Below, piece after piece: positions 20,301 to 31,846 of a DNA stretch of 64,000 bases. Under the pieces are notes generated by a model, which was given only the letters and a program-made list of their open reading frames with translations, had not been told where the DNA came from and made no database searches. This stretch comes from Candidatus Latescibacterota bacterium (GTDB taxonomy: Bacteria; Krumholzibacteriota; Krumholzibacteriia; WVZY01): NCBI GenBank assembly GCA_963791045.1, contig CAWBQK010000017.1, forward strand, positions 128,001 through 192,000, given 5' to 3'. Positions within the stretch are counted from its first letter, which is position 1; each line of letters starts with the position of its first letter. The translations under genes and the position numbers were made by a program.

Positions 20301-21013
20301 ATGGAACGATGGCTAAGGGCAGCACGTAGCGGCATGCTTGTCGCTATTGTATTGGTTGTGGTATTCGCCGGTGTCGAGGCGATTGCCGATCCGTGTCTCG
20401 TCGTATATCCGGCGAGTCCGTGCGAATATCATTACGATCCGGGTGAGTACTACACGGTTGGTTTTGGAGATTCTCTTTACGATCCGGCGTTCGATCGGGG
20501 AGGCGAGGTCCTCATCGATTTGCTTACCGGTGAAATCGCTCTCGATGTTTACCAGGCGCCGGTGATCTACGCACTTCGTCATGGATTCCGAAAACCAGGG
20601 TTATTACACGATCGATACCAGCTTTGATCTGGTTGTCGACGGGTTCAACAACGACCCGATAACCTATGAAAACATAATCCTGGTGTTCGACCGCGTGGAA
20701 CCGTCGATGGTGCGTCCCGGGTGTGTGGATCGACGGCAGTCCCGCTATGTATGACGAGTTTTTGGGGTGGTATTACCCGATCGGCGACCTCGTTGTATCA
20801 ACGCCGACACCGCGGGGTGGGAACGTCTCGGATATCGTGACTCAAAATCTCACGTGGGAGAATTGTATCGCCCTCCGGATCTACGCGTTTGCCGATGAGA
20901 ACTACAATCTCAACAGGGACGGCGGCGAGTGCTTCTCCGCGTATTCGCACGACACCACGGTTCCGGTCAAGGAATCGACGTGGGGTGCCGTCAAGGAGTT
21001 GTACTCCGAATAA
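20301..21013 (+). CDS. Secreted hypothetical protein with C-terminal TWG motif (two single-base insertions, ~20565 and ~20707)
   Basis: GGAGG RBS and signal peptide; the middle frame reads THFVMDSENQGYYTID...RVEP; ends PVKESTWGAVKELYSE; length 3n+2. Confidence 0.7.
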
Positions 21014-21043
21014 GAGTTATCGTTGTTGGGGGGTGCACAAAGG

Positions 21044-21099
21044 AGAGCCTGAAACGGGAACCGGCAAGCAGCCCGGTTCCCGTTTCGAGGGCTTTTTTT
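21044..21099 (+). terminator. Intrinsic terminator between convergent genes
   Basis: GAAACGGGAACCGG/CCGGTTCCCGTTTC stem followed by T7. Confidence 0.75.
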
Positions 21100-21111
21100 G
21101 TCCGCAAACGA

Positions 21112-23158
21112 TCACAGTGTATCGGTATAACGATCTCGCAAGACCCGGCGCATTACCTTGTTTGATGCCGTCCGGGGGAGGGCGTCAACAATCAGAATGG
21201 CGCTGATCTTGAACAGGGGATTGAGCCCGGTGGCGATGGCACGCTGCATCGCTTTTTTTGTCGGCTCGGGTTCGAGTTCGGTGCTGCCGTCGGGAACGGC
21301 ATAAACAACAAGCTGGCTCGGCCCGCCCGCCGGTGGATTGAAAGCGATGGCCGCCGTCTCGAGGATTCCGTCGACCGATGCCAACGTCCTTTCGATCTCC
21401 GTCGAACTCACCTTGATGCCCCCGATATTCATTGTGTCGTCCGCCCGCCCGTGTCCGCGGTAATAACCGCCGGGAAGCTCCTCCGTTTCATCCCCATGAC
21501 GTCTCAACATTTCGCCATTGGGTCCGCGCGGTGTGTCGGTAAAATAGACTTCGTGGTGGTCGCGGTTCAAGAGCGTGTTGGAAAGTCCGATTGAAGGGGG
21601 AATTATAAAGAGCTCGCCGTTTGGGGTTGGGGTTCCGTTCTCGTCGAGGATCACATAATCGAGACCAAAAGATGGTGTTGAGAAAGTGGATGGCGAAGCG
21701 GGCTGGACGATCGTCCCGGAAATGTATCCGCCGCCGATTTCGGTGCCGCCGCAGTATTCGATAATAGGGCGATAGCCTGCGAGCGACATCAAGTAGAGAT
21801 AGTCATCGGAGTTCGAACACTCACCGGTGGAGCTGAAGGCCTTGATCGCGGTCCAGTCGAGTCCATCAACGGCGCCCAGGTTTTGCCAGGCTTTTACGAG
21901 GCTTGGTACGACACCTAGCATCTGGATCTTTGTGTTTTGGACAAACTCACAGAACTCGCGTGTAACCGGGGCTCCGTAATAGAGGGCCATCTTTGCCCGG
22001 TTGACGAGGCTGGCGTAGATGAGCCACGGTCCCATCATCCATCCAATGTTGGTCGGCCACGCGACCACCTCGCCGGGGTGGATATCGTGGTGCAAATATC
22101 CGTCCATCGCACATTTGATCGGCGTCGTGTGTGTCCACGGGATGGCTTTTGGGTCTCCGGTCGTTCCGGATGAAAAGAGGATATTGGTGACGTCGTCCGG
22201 ATCGCACGGAACCGGTTCGAAGACGTCATCGTCCAAAAGAAACTCGCTCCACGCCAGATCCTGTTCGCGGAGCGGTATTTCGATATCACGGGCGAGAGGT
22301 ATCACGATTGTTTTCTGCGGGCCGCGCATCGGCGAGTTTTTGATACATCGGGAGGGTTTTTCCCGCTCGGGATACGACATCCTGTGTGATGGCCGCTTTT
22401 GCGTGCGCAATGCGAAGACGTGTGGCAATCTCCTCGGCGGCGAAACTGTCCGCGATGGACACGACGGCGCACCCCGCCTTCACGATTCCCAGATAGGCTC
22501 CGACGGCCTCGACGGTCATGGGCATGGCGATGGCGATGCTGTCGCCGGGGACCAGTCCCATTTTGCACAACGAATTAGCTACACGATTGGACAGTCGATT
22601 CAACTCGTCGTAAGTCATCTCCTCTATCGGACCGCCCTCACGTTGATAAACGACGGCCGTGTCATCTCCGGGGGCCAGCAGACAGCTCTCCGCGATATTC
22701 AAACGGGCGCCGGGAAACCATCGGGGTGTCTCCGGACCTTCGGACGTATCTACGATCGCGGTTGGCTCCGTCATAAACTGAATGCCCAGGGCATCCACAA
22801 TATGCCGCCAGAAAGATTCACGGTTTTCGGCGGACCATCGGTGTAGCTCCTGGATCCTGGGAACACCGGCGCGCGTACAAAATGCCTTGATATTTGAGGA
22901 CTCGATTTCAGCCTCGGTTGGGATCCACGCGGGCGGTGGGCTTTGGGCGAGATCCCAGTCTTCAAACACTTTCTTATAGAGATGATTATGAATGGGATAG
23001 GGGATTTCAGGTGTGAGCACCGTCTCGGTGATCCGGCGCCAGGTCTCCGGGGCACTTTCACCCTCGGGAAGCTCCTGCAAAATGTCCGCAAATCTCCCCG
23101 CCTCATCCTCGCCGAGTCCGTGTTCGCGAAGCTGTTCCAATGACATTGTCGGCCGCAT
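21112..23158 (-). CDS. Acyl-CoA synthetase (acetate/acetoacetate-CoA ligase-like); frameshift near 22322
   Basis: WFPGARLNIAE, FSSGTTGDPK, YCGGTEIGG, GRADD and LPRTASNKVMRR; two ORFs joined, length 3n+1. Confidence 0.88.
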
Positions 23159-23479
23159 TCGTGCCCCCTTCATAGATATGCAAGCTAATCCCTCTTCTGC
23201 CGAGTTCCCTGAAGGGTCGAGTATAGTACGATTTGGCCGCTCCCAAAAAAGAAAAAATGCGCCTCAAAAATTTGAACTTTTTAACGGGGTCTTCGTATGT
23301 AACTATATGACCCCATTGGAGCCTCAAGATGATACCAACGTGAAGTGTGGTGCCACGGCTCCGGGAAATCCCAATCGATATGACCGTTCGCCCGCCGGTA
23401 CAAGCAGGGCGAAGGGGTAATCTGCGTTTATACCGGTCTGAAGCCGGGTGTTGTGGACTCGTAAAGGAGGGAAGAGCAC

Positions 23480-26400
23480 ATGTTTAAATGGAGACTTCTC
23501 GCGATCATCCCGATCGTGATGCTTGTCACTATGGCCGCGCAGGCGGCGGGCGTTGAACCGCACGGTGCGATGATGCGTTATCCGGATGTGAGCGATTCGC
23601 ACATCGCGTTTCTTTATGCCAACGATTTGTGGTTGGTTTCGAGGGATGGCGGGGTTGCGACACCGCTGGCGAGCCCGCCGGGGGAAGAGGCCTACCCCAG
23701 GTTCAGTCCGGATGGCCGGACGATCGCCTTCATGGGGAATTATGATGGCGACATGGATCTGTATACCATCCCCGTTTCGGGTGGCGTTCCTTTCCGCGTG
23801 ACCCATCATCCAAGCAACGAAGTGCTGACTGGGTGGACGCCGGACGGCTCATTGATATACTGGATGTGGGGTTCATACGAGTACCCGCGGGCCCAGGAGC
23901 TGTTCACCGTGCCTGCCGGCGGTGGCCTTCCGGTCAAAATGCCGGTCCCTTACGGCGCGAGTGCGTGCGTCAGCGACGACGGGCAGTGGCTCGTTTATAC
24001 GCCATACAGCCGGGACCACAGGACCTGGAAGAGGTACCGCGGCGGAATGGCTACGGATATTTGGCTTTTCAATTTGACGGATAACACGTCGAAGAAAATC
24101 ACGGACTGGGAGGGTACGGACTCGCAGCCGATGTGGCACGGGGGCAAGGTTTATTATCTTTCTGACAACGGATCTTCCCACCGCTTGAACATCTGGGTCT
24201 ATGACATAGCGACCGAAGAGACCCGGCAAATTACCAAGTACAAAGATTATGACGTAAAATGGCCGGCCATCGGTCCGGGACCTGATGAACAGGGCGAAAT
24301 CGTTTTCCAGCTCGGCGCTGATATCTATCTCCTCGATCTGGAGTCGGAGAGTGCGGAGCGCGTTTCGATTTCGATCCCGGGCGATCGGCCGAAGGTGCGC
24401 GAACAAGCGGTCGATGTCTCCAAATTGATCTTTAACCTTGATATATCATCGACGGGCAAGAGAGTGGTCGCCGAAGCCAGGGGCGACATCTGGACGCTTC
24501 CGGCAAAAAAAGGATCCCCTCTCGCCATCACAAGAACGAGCGGCGTGGCGGAAAGGGATCCCGCATGGAGCCCCGACGGCAAGTCGATCGCGTACTTCTC
24601 CGACGAGACGGGCGAATACGAGCTCTACGTTACGCAGTCGGACGGACGCGGAGAGACACGCAGACTCACAAATTTGAAGGTCGGTTTTCTCTACACTCCT
24701 GTGTGGTCGCCCGACTCCAAGAAAATCTGTTTCTGGGATAAGGCGGGAGTGTTTTATCTCGCGGACGTAGAGAGCGGAAAAACCAAAGAGATCGACCGCC
24801 GGCGAGACTGGGGTCGTACCACTCCGGTGAGTTGGTCGAATGATTCGAAATGGATGGCATATGCGCTTGCCGACGGAATGATCGGTCAGAATGCGATATG
24901 GCTCTACAACGTTGAAACGGCGAAGAAACACCAGGTCACGAGCGGAATGTTCAATGATACCTGGCCGGTGTTTGACCGTGAAGGCAAGTACCTATATTTT
25001 GCGAGCCAGAGGGAATTCTCGAGTCCCATGTACGAAGACTTGGGGACCACGTGGATTTATGCGAAGACTGATCGCCTCTACATTGTCCCGTTGACAAACG
25101 AAGTCGATTCGCCGCTTTTGGCGAAAAGCGATGATGAGACGTGGGATGATGGCAAGGATAAGGAAGAAATAGACAATAAGGATGAGAAGGATAAAGACGG
25201 CAAGGACGACGACGCAAAGAAGGATGAAGAGAAAAAGACAGAGCCCGTCAAGATTGACATTGATGGGTTCGAACATCGCGCAGTGGAGTTGCCCGTGAAG
25301 CGCGGCAACTTCAGCCGCCTGTGTGTCAACGACAAGGGCAAGTTGATTTACACGCGCAATACGACACGCGGCGAAGACGGAGAAGCGTCGGTTCATATTC
25401 TTGATCTCGACGAAGAAAAGGAAGACAAGAAGGAACAAACCGTCGCGGATGGGATTCGCTCGTTCGTTATGACGGCGGACGGGAAAAAGCTTCTTCTGCT
25501 TACCTACAAACATCAGATGGCAATCGTTGACGCGAAGCCCGAGCAGAAACTCAAGGACATGGTGTCGACGTCGGGTATGACAAAACAACTCAACCCGCCG
25601 AAAGAATGGCGCCAGATCTTTGTCGATGCATGGCGGGTCCAGAGGGATTTCTTCTACGATCCCAACATGCACGGAGTGGACTGGAATGCCGTACGTCGCC
25701 AGTACGAAGCGATGCTAGAAGACTGTGCGACGAGGGAAGATGTGAGCTATGTCATCCGCGAGATGATCTCCGAGCTCAACGTCGGTCATGCATACTACTG
25801 GGGAGGCGATCTCGAGGATACCCCGACGGTAACAGTCGGTATGCCGGGCTGTGATTTTGCACTCGAGAACGGCGCTTACAAGATTACCCGGATTCTCGAG
25901 GGAGGCGCCTGGGATGTGGACGGACGCGGTCCGCTCAGTCAGCCAGGCGTCGATGTCAAGACCGGTGACTATCTGCTCGCCATAAACGGTGTGCCCGTGG
26001 ACACGGCGAAGGATCCGTGGGCCGGTCTTGCCGGACTCGCGAACCGCACGGTTACGCTCACTGTGAGCGAAGAACCGGTGATGAGCGACAAGGCGCGTCA
26101 TGTCCTGGTCAAACTGGGTGACAGCGATTACACACTCCGGTACCGGGCGTGGGTCGAGAAAAATCGCGCGTATGTCGCGGAGAAGACCAACGGCCGGGTG
26201 GGGTACATTTATGTGCCCAATACTTCGATCTCGGGGCAGAACGAACTGGTTCGCCAGTACTATAGCCAGCTCGACGCCGATGCGCTGATTATCGACGAAC
26301 GCTGGAACGGCGGCGGGCAGATCCCGACGCGTTTTGTTGAGCTTATGAATCGGCCGATCGCCAACTATTGGGCGCTCCGCGACAGGGACGATAGTTTTCC

Positions 26401-26824
26401 GTGGCCGCCGGACGCCCACCAGGGCCCGAAATGCATGCTGATCAACGGTCTTGCCGGGTCGGGGGGAGACTATTTCCCGTTCTGGTTCCGTGAAGCGGGG
26501 CTCGGGAAACTCATCGGCACCCGTACCTGGGGTGGCCTGGTGGGAATGAGTGGAAACCCAGCCCTCATCGACGGCGGATACACGAGTGCGCCCACGTTTG
26601 GGTTCTACGAGAAAGACGGAACCTGGGGGATCGAGGGACACGGTGTGGACCCTGATATTGAGGTCGTGGATGATCCCGCGCTGATGGTGGGCGGCAAAGA
26701 CCCGCAGATCGACGCGGCAATCCAACTGATGCTCGACGAAATCAAGGCCAACCCTTACAAAAAGACGAAACGGCCGAGATACCCGGATCGTAGCGGTATG
26801 GGGGTCACCGACAAGGATAAGTAG
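23480..26824 (+). CDS. Tricorn protease (S41 family), secreted
   Basis: Signal peptide, WKRYRGG, beta-propeller repeats, ELNVGHAY, PDZ domain, DERWNGGG, AGSGGD and GTRTWGG. Confidence 0.95.
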   Translation: MFKWRLLAIIPIVMLVTMAAQAAGVEPHGAMMRYPDVSDSHIAFLYANDLWLVSRDGGVATPLASPPGEEAYPRFSPDGRTIAFMGNYDGDMDLYTIPVSGGVPFRVTHHPSNEVLTGWTPDGSLIYWMWGSYEYPRAQELFTVPAGGGLPVKMPVPYGASACVSDDGQWLVYTPYSRDHRTWKRYRGGMATDIWLFNLTDNTSKKITDWEGTDSQPMWHGGKVYYLSDNGSSHRLNIWVYDIATEETRQITKYKDYDVKWPAIGPGPDEQGEIVFQLGADIYLLDLESESAERVSISIPGDRPKVREQAVDVSKLIFNLDISSTGKRVVAEARGDIWTLPAKKGSPLAITRTSGVAERDPAWSPDGKSIAYFSDETGEYELYVTQSDGRGETRRLTNLKVGFLYTPVWSPDSKKICFWDKAGVFYLADVESGKTKEIDRRRDWGRTTPVSWSNDSKWMAYALADGMIGQNAIWLYNVETAKKHQVTSGMFNDTWPVFDREGKYLYFASQREFSSPMYEDLGTTWIYAKTDRLYIVPLTNEVDSPLLAKSDDETWDDGKDKEEIDNKDEKDKDGKDDDAKKDEEKKTEPVKIDIDGFEHRAVELPVKRGNFSRLCVNDKGKLIYTRNTTRGEDGEASVHILDLDEEKEDKKEQTVADGIRSFVMTADGKKLLLLTYKHQMAIVDAKPEQKLKDMVSTSGMTKQLNPPKEWRQIFVDAWRVQRDFFYDPNMHGVDWNAVRRQYEAMLEDCATREDVSYVIREMISELNVGHAYYWGGDLEDTPTVTVGMPGCDFALENGAYKITRILEGGAWDVDGRGPLSQPGVDVKTGDYLLAINGVPVDTAKDPWAGLAGLANRTVTLTVSEEPVMSDKARHVLVKLGDSDYTLRYRAWVEKNRAYVAEKTNGRVGYIYVPNTSISGQNELVRQYYSQLDADALIIDERWNGGGQIPTRFVELMNRPIANYWALRDRDDSFPWPPDAHQGPKCMLINGLAGSGGDYFPFWFREAGLGKLIGTRTWGGLVGMSGNPALIDGGYTSAPTFGFYEKDGTWGIEGHGVDPDIEVVDDPALMVGGKDPQIDAAIQLMLDEIKANPYKKTKRPRYPDRSGMGVTDKDK

Positions 26825-27031
26825 TCGACAGGACCCGCGCCGGTGTAAACCTTCTGGATGGCCGGTCCCTTTTGGGGCCGGCCGTCGCGTACGGGAGATG
26901 AGGGCCCATCTGTGATTTCACGACGGAAGGTATCGAATTTGGTTGCCCTGGTTAACGATTGCAAGTAACCTCTACTAGTTTTAATCCAAATCACCAAAAC
27001 GGGCATATTGCTAACGCAAAGAGGTTTTGAC

Positions 27032-28249
27032 ATGAGCATTAGTGAGATCGCAAAAACGATCCACGCCTCGCCCACCCTGGCCTTGAACGAAAAAGCCGCG
27101 ATTCTCCGCGAAAAAGGGGATCCGGTTATTCATCTAGGTGGTGGGGAGCCGAAGACGAGATCGCCCGTAGACGCGATTCTCGCGACAACGGGTCTGTTGA
27201 ATTCAGGTGAAGTGAGATATACGCCGGCGGATGGGGTTCCCGCCCTCAAAAAGGCGATCATTCGCTACACCGAGGAGTTTTACGGCCGAAAAGTCGCGCC
27301 GGAAAATGTGATGGCATCCGGCGGCGCCAAGCAGGCGATCATGATCGCGCTGCAGACCGTTCTCAATCCGCAGGAAGAAGTCATCTATCCGGCGCCTTAC
27401 TGGGTGAGCTACCCGGATATGGCGAAGCTGTGCGGCGCCATCGGCATTGCTGTTCTTCCGGAGGATGGAACGTTCTACCCGCGGCTCAAAGATATAGAGG
27501 ACCGTGTTGGCTCTTACACAAGGGCCGTCATCATCAACAGTCCAAACAACCCGAGCGGCGCGATGTATTCGGAAGAGTTCATTGCCGATATTGTCGGATA
27601 CTGTGAGAAGAACGATCTCTATCTCATTATGGATGACATCTATCACCGGCTCGTGTTCGACGGCAAGAAAGCGCCTAACGTCTTCGATTATTCGAAGAAA
27701 CCATTGGATGAATCGAAGATCATTGTCATCAACGGCGTGTCGAAGCAATACGCGATGACCGGTTTTAGAATTGGTTGGGCGGTGGGGAGCAAGAAGTTAA
27801 TCGAAGTGATGACCAATATTCAGGGTCATCAGACTTCGGGGCCGTCGGTCATTCTTCAGATGGCGGCGGTAGGGGCGATCAACGGAATTCAGTCGAGTGT
27901 CGAAAATTTGCGTGTCACGCTTGAAAACAATCGTAACGTGATGATCGATCAACTCAAGTCGTTCGATGGTGTGAAAGTCTCCTCCCCGGACGGGACATTT
28001 TATTGCTTTGCTGATTTCAGCGTGTACGAGAAAAACTCGAACAAGCTCTCGGCATTTCTGATCGACAAAGTACAAGTGTTGACCGTTCCCGGCGCCGAAT
28101 TTGGTCTGGATGGATTTTTGCGGTTGAGCTACTGCGGCTCGATCAAAGATATCACCAGCGGGATCGAGAGGATGAAGTGGGCGTTGGATCCGAACTCGCC
28201 CAACGAGCTTTACATCGGTGATCGAAAACTCGTGAGGGATTGGACATGA
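27032..28249 (+). CDS. PLP-dependent class I aminotransferase (aspartate aminotransferase-like)
   Basis: GGAKQA, PYWVSY, NSPNNPSG, DDIY and SKQYAMTGFRIG motifs. Confidence 0.92.
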   Translation: MSISEIAKTIHASPTLALNEKAAILREKGDPVIHLGGGEPKTRSPVDAILATTGLLNSGEVRYTPADGVPALKKAIIRYTEEFYGRKVAPENVMASGGAKQAIMIALQTVLNPQEEVIYPAPYWVSYPDMAKLCGAIGIAVLPEDGTFYPRLKDIEDRVGSYTRAVIINSPNNPSGAMYSEEFIADIVGYCEKNDLYLIMDDIYHRLVFDGKKAPNVFDYSKKPLDESKIIVINGVSKQYAMTGFRIGWAVGSKKLIEVMTNIQGHQTSGPSVILQMAAVGAINGIQSSVENLRVTLENNRNVMIDQLKSFDGVKVSSPDGTFYCFADFSVYEKNSNKLSAFLIDKVQVLTVPGAEFGLDGFLRLSYCGSIKDITSGIERMKWALDPNSPNELYIGDRKLVRDWT

Positions 28250-29893
28250 GCAAGTATTTAAAATTCAAAACACCGGCGTTGGCTCAGGCCAAAGATCTGA
28301 AGTCGGATTACGGCCTCAAGAATCATGGCCTCGAAGGACTCTACTCGGTGTACTGGAACCTGCCGGACCCGGCGTTGTACGAAGAGATCGTTTTTCGGAA
28401 CGAAGGCAAAATTGCGCACGAGGGTCCCATCCTGGTTGACACCGGGCGACACACAGCCCGGGCTGCGTCGGACAAATTTGTCGTGAAGGAGACATCCACC
28501 GAGGACAAGATATGGTGGGGCGTCTACAACCGTCCGTTCAGCACCGAGAAGTTCAACGGGTTGATGGCGCGTGTTCAGGCGTACTGCCAGGACGAAGAAG
28601 TGTTCGTCCAGGATTGTTATGCCGGGGCGGATCCGGATTACAGACTAAAAGTCCGGATTATTACGGAGAAAGCATGGCACAGTCTTTTTGTCCGGAACAT
28701 GTTTATCACCATTGACGATCAGGACACTTTGAAGAAGTTTATTCCTGATTTCACCGTCATTACGCTCGACGGGTTCAAGGTGGATCCAAAGATCGACGGC
28801 ACCCGCAGTTCGACGGGCATCGTCTTGAACTTCGATCAGCGTGTGGCCGTTATATGCAACTCTCTCTACGGCGGGGAAATCAAGAAGTCGGTATTTACCG
28901 TCCTCAATTTTCTTCTGACGTTCCAGGGCGTTTTGCCGATGCATTGTTCGGCGAACGTGGGTGACGATGGCGGTGTCGCGCTCTTCTTCGGTCTTAGCGG
29001 AACGGGAAAAACCACGCTTTCGGCGGATCCGACGCGACGGCTCATCGGGGATGATGAACACGGGTGGAGTTCCACTGGGGTATTCAATTTCGAGGGTGGG
29101 TGTTATGCAAAGGTGATCAGGCTTTCGGCCGAACACGAACCGCAGATCTATGCCACAACCCGCCGTTTTCGGACGATTCTCGAGAACGTGGTATTCGATC
29201 CGATTAGCCGCAGAATCGATCTCGATGACGACATACTTACCGAAAATACCAGGGCGTCGTACCCGATCGAATTCATACCCAATGGGGTTGGGGAAGGCTA
29301 TGTCCATACACATCCGAAGGACATCATATTTCTCACGTGCGACGCCTCGGGAGTCATGCCTCCGATCGCAAGGCTAAGCCCGGAACAAGCGCAGTATCAC
29401 TTTATTAGCGGATACACCTCAAAGATCGCTGGAACTGAGATCGGTCTGGGTATCGAACCCGAGATCACCTTCAGCGCGTGTTTTGGGGCGCCGTTCATGG
29501 TCAGGCATCCATTTGAGTATGCCGAGATGCTCAAGGCCCGGATGCTCAAACACGGCGCCCGGTGTTGGCTCGTCAATACCGGTTGGGTCGGTGGGCGTTT
29601 TGGCGTCGGGCAAGCGGATCAGCATCCGCCATACGAGAAACCTTCTCGATGCGGCGCTCACCGGGAAGCTCGACGATGTTAAATACCGCAAGGACAAGCT
29701 GTTCGGTTTCAAGGTGCCGGAGACGTGCCCGGACGTTCCGGAAGATGTGCTCGAACCGTCGAGCTCGTGGGGCGACAAAGATGAATACTGGAAGAAGTAT
29801 GACGCCCTTGTAGCGCGGTTTGTCGAGAACTTCAAGCTGTTTGAGGAAGGGTGTTCTCGCGAAGTTATCGACGCCGGCCCCAAACGCTTGTAA
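28246..29893 (+). CDS. pckA: Phosphoenolpyruvate carboxykinase (ATP); single-base insertion near 29610
   Basis: YGGEIKK, MHCSAN, GLSGTGKTTLS, IGDDEHGW, FEGGCYAK and NTGW; continues KRISIRHTR in the next frame. Confidence 0.93.
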
Positions 29894-30373
29894 CAGCGTA
29901 GGTGTGACGAGAAGTTCAAAAACTCGGCCGTCCGGACGTGCAGAAAAGCAAAAGTTCGGACGGCCGTTTTGCGTGTTCCGTCACACGGGTTTTCTGGCAG
30001 ACGAAATGATAACTGAGTAGTAAACGGCGCGGCTGACTTAGTGAAAAGATTAACAAGCGGGCGAAATATTGAGCTTTCAAGTCGTAGTCCTTGCGGCAGT
30101 TCCGACAATCTGATAATCTCGGTTTGAAAATAATTTGGTGATCGGAGAGTTGTGGCTGGGACAAGAATGCATGCCGAACGGTTCGCTTGCCTCTTTATCG
30201 AGTTAACTACAAGCGTGTAATCAGGCTTTGAATATATTGACCGTTTGTGAAACGCGAAGGGCGAATTCAAGCGGGTCGGGTTTTTGTCCCTCATAATGGC
30301 GTCGGTCGGTGATTTCAAGTGAATGATTTCTCTTGCCGGTGTCTTGGACTTGAACGGATCAGGAGGTGTATCA

Positions 30374-31687
30374 ATGCCGGAAAAGAAGGACAGTGTTACC
30401 ATAACCGATAACCGGACTGGTAAGACATACGAGTTGCCGATTTCATACGGGGTTTACCCGGAATACGGCGCCGCGATCAACGCAATGGAACTGCGGAATA
30501 TCAAAGTGTCCGACACTGATTTCGGACTTCTCGCGTACGATGCCAGTTTTAAGAACACCGCTTCTTGCAGGAGCTCGATAACGTTTATCGACGGCGAAAA
30601 GGGGATTCTGCGTTACCGAGGGTATCCGATCGACGAACTCGCCGAAAAGAGCACCTTCCTGGAAGTTGCGCATCTGATTCTGAACGGGGAGCTGCCGACG
30701 AAGTCCGAACTGGCGGATTGGAAAAACGAGATCACCCATCACACCATGATCCATGAGAAGGTCAAGGAGTTGATGAACGGGTTCCGGTTTAACGCTCATC
30801 CCATGGGTATGTTTGTCAGCACTGTGGCGGCTCTCTCGACATATTATCCCGATGCACGCGATATCGCCTGCGAAGAGTGCCGGGACGAGCAGGTCGTCCG
30901 TTTGATCGCGAAGGTTCCGACGATCGCGGCGTTTGCATACCGCGACAGCGTCGGCTTCCCATATGTGTATCCGGACAACGAACTCAGCTTCAGCGGCAAC
31001 TTCTTGAACATGATGTTCAAGATGACCGAGCAGAAGTATACGCCGGACCCGATCCTTGAACACGTCCTGGATGTTCTTTTTATTCTTCACGCCGATCACG
31101 AACAAAACTGCAGCACCAGCGCGATGCGCGTCGTCGGCAGCTCGTTCTCCGATCCGTACAGCGCCGTCGCCGCCGCTGCCGCCGCCCTCTACGGGCCGCT
31201 GCATGGGGGCGCCAACGAAAAGGTGCTTCGTATGCTCAGGGAAATCGGCAGCAAAGACAATGTGCCGGAATACATCAAGAAGGTGAAGGACGGCGAATTC
31301 CTGCTTATGGGATTCGGTCACAGGGTGTACAAGAACTACGATCCGCGCGCGTCGGTTCTCAAAGCGCTCGCGCCGAAAGTGTTCGAGGTAACCGGCATCA
31401 ACCCGCTTCTTGAGATTGCCGTTGAACTCGAACGAATCGCCCTCGAAGATGATTTCTTCGTGAAGAGGAAGCTGTACCCGAACGTTGATTTCTATTCGGG
31501 AATCATCTACCAGGCGATGGGTTTCCCGGTCGCGATGTTCCCCGTGCTTTTCGCCATCGGCCGTACCGTGGGTTGGCTGGCCCAGTGGCAGGAGATGCTC
31601 ACGGACACCGATCAGAAGATCGCGAGACCGCGCCAGATTTATACGGGCGCCGACTTGAGGGAATACGTGGAAATGAAAAAACGCTAA
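30374..31687 (+). CDS. gltA: Citrate synthase
   Basis: GILRYRGY, HPM, DHEQNCST, GPLHGGAN, MGFGHRVYK and YPNVDFYSG motifs. Confidence 0.96.
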   Translation: MPEKKDSVTITDNRTGKTYELPISYGVYPEYGAAINAMELRNIKVSDTDFGLLAYDASFKNTASCRSSITFIDGEKGILRYRGYPIDELAEKSTFLEVAHLILNGELPTKSELADWKNEITHHTMIHEKVKELMNGFRFNAHPMGMFVSTVAALSTYYPDARDIACEECRDEQVVRLIAKVPTIAAFAYRDSVGFPYVYPDNELSFSGNFLNMMFKMTEQKYTPDPILEHVLDVLFILHADHEQNCSTSAMRVVGSSFSDPYSAVAAAAAALYGPLHGGANEKVLRMLREIGSKDNVPEYIKKVKDGEFLLMGFGHRVYKNYDPRASVLKALAPKVFEVTGINPLLEIAVELERIALEDDFFVKRKLYPNVDFYSGIIYQAMGFPVAMFPVLFAIGRTVGWLAQWQEMLTDTDQKIARPRQIYTGADLREYVEMKKR

Positions 31688-31755
31688 TCCCTGAGGGCGC
31701 ATCGAGAGCGTGGGGGCGGAAGCCTTCGCATTGTCGATTGGTATCCGCAAGAAAG

Positions 31756-31795
31756 AACCGGTTGCCGGGGCCTCGGAGCTCCGGCAACCGGTTTT
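31756..31795 (+). terminator. Intrinsic terminator after gltA
   Basis: AACCGGTTGCCGG/CCGGCAACCGGTT stem followed by Ts. Confidence 0.75.
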
Positions 31796-31846
31796 CGTTC
31801 GTTGGCGTCTGTAAGCTTCCTTGCAAATAGTTGAAAGGACCGGGCC

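Noticed and set aside
25130-25240. Purine-rich low-complexity tract
   Set aside because: It encodes the Asp/Lys/Glu linker commonly seen in tricorn proteases.
26826-26841. 16-nt sequence CGACAGGACCCGCGCC also present near 57958
   Set aside because: There are only two copies and no shared flanks. About one such match is expected by chance in 64 kb.
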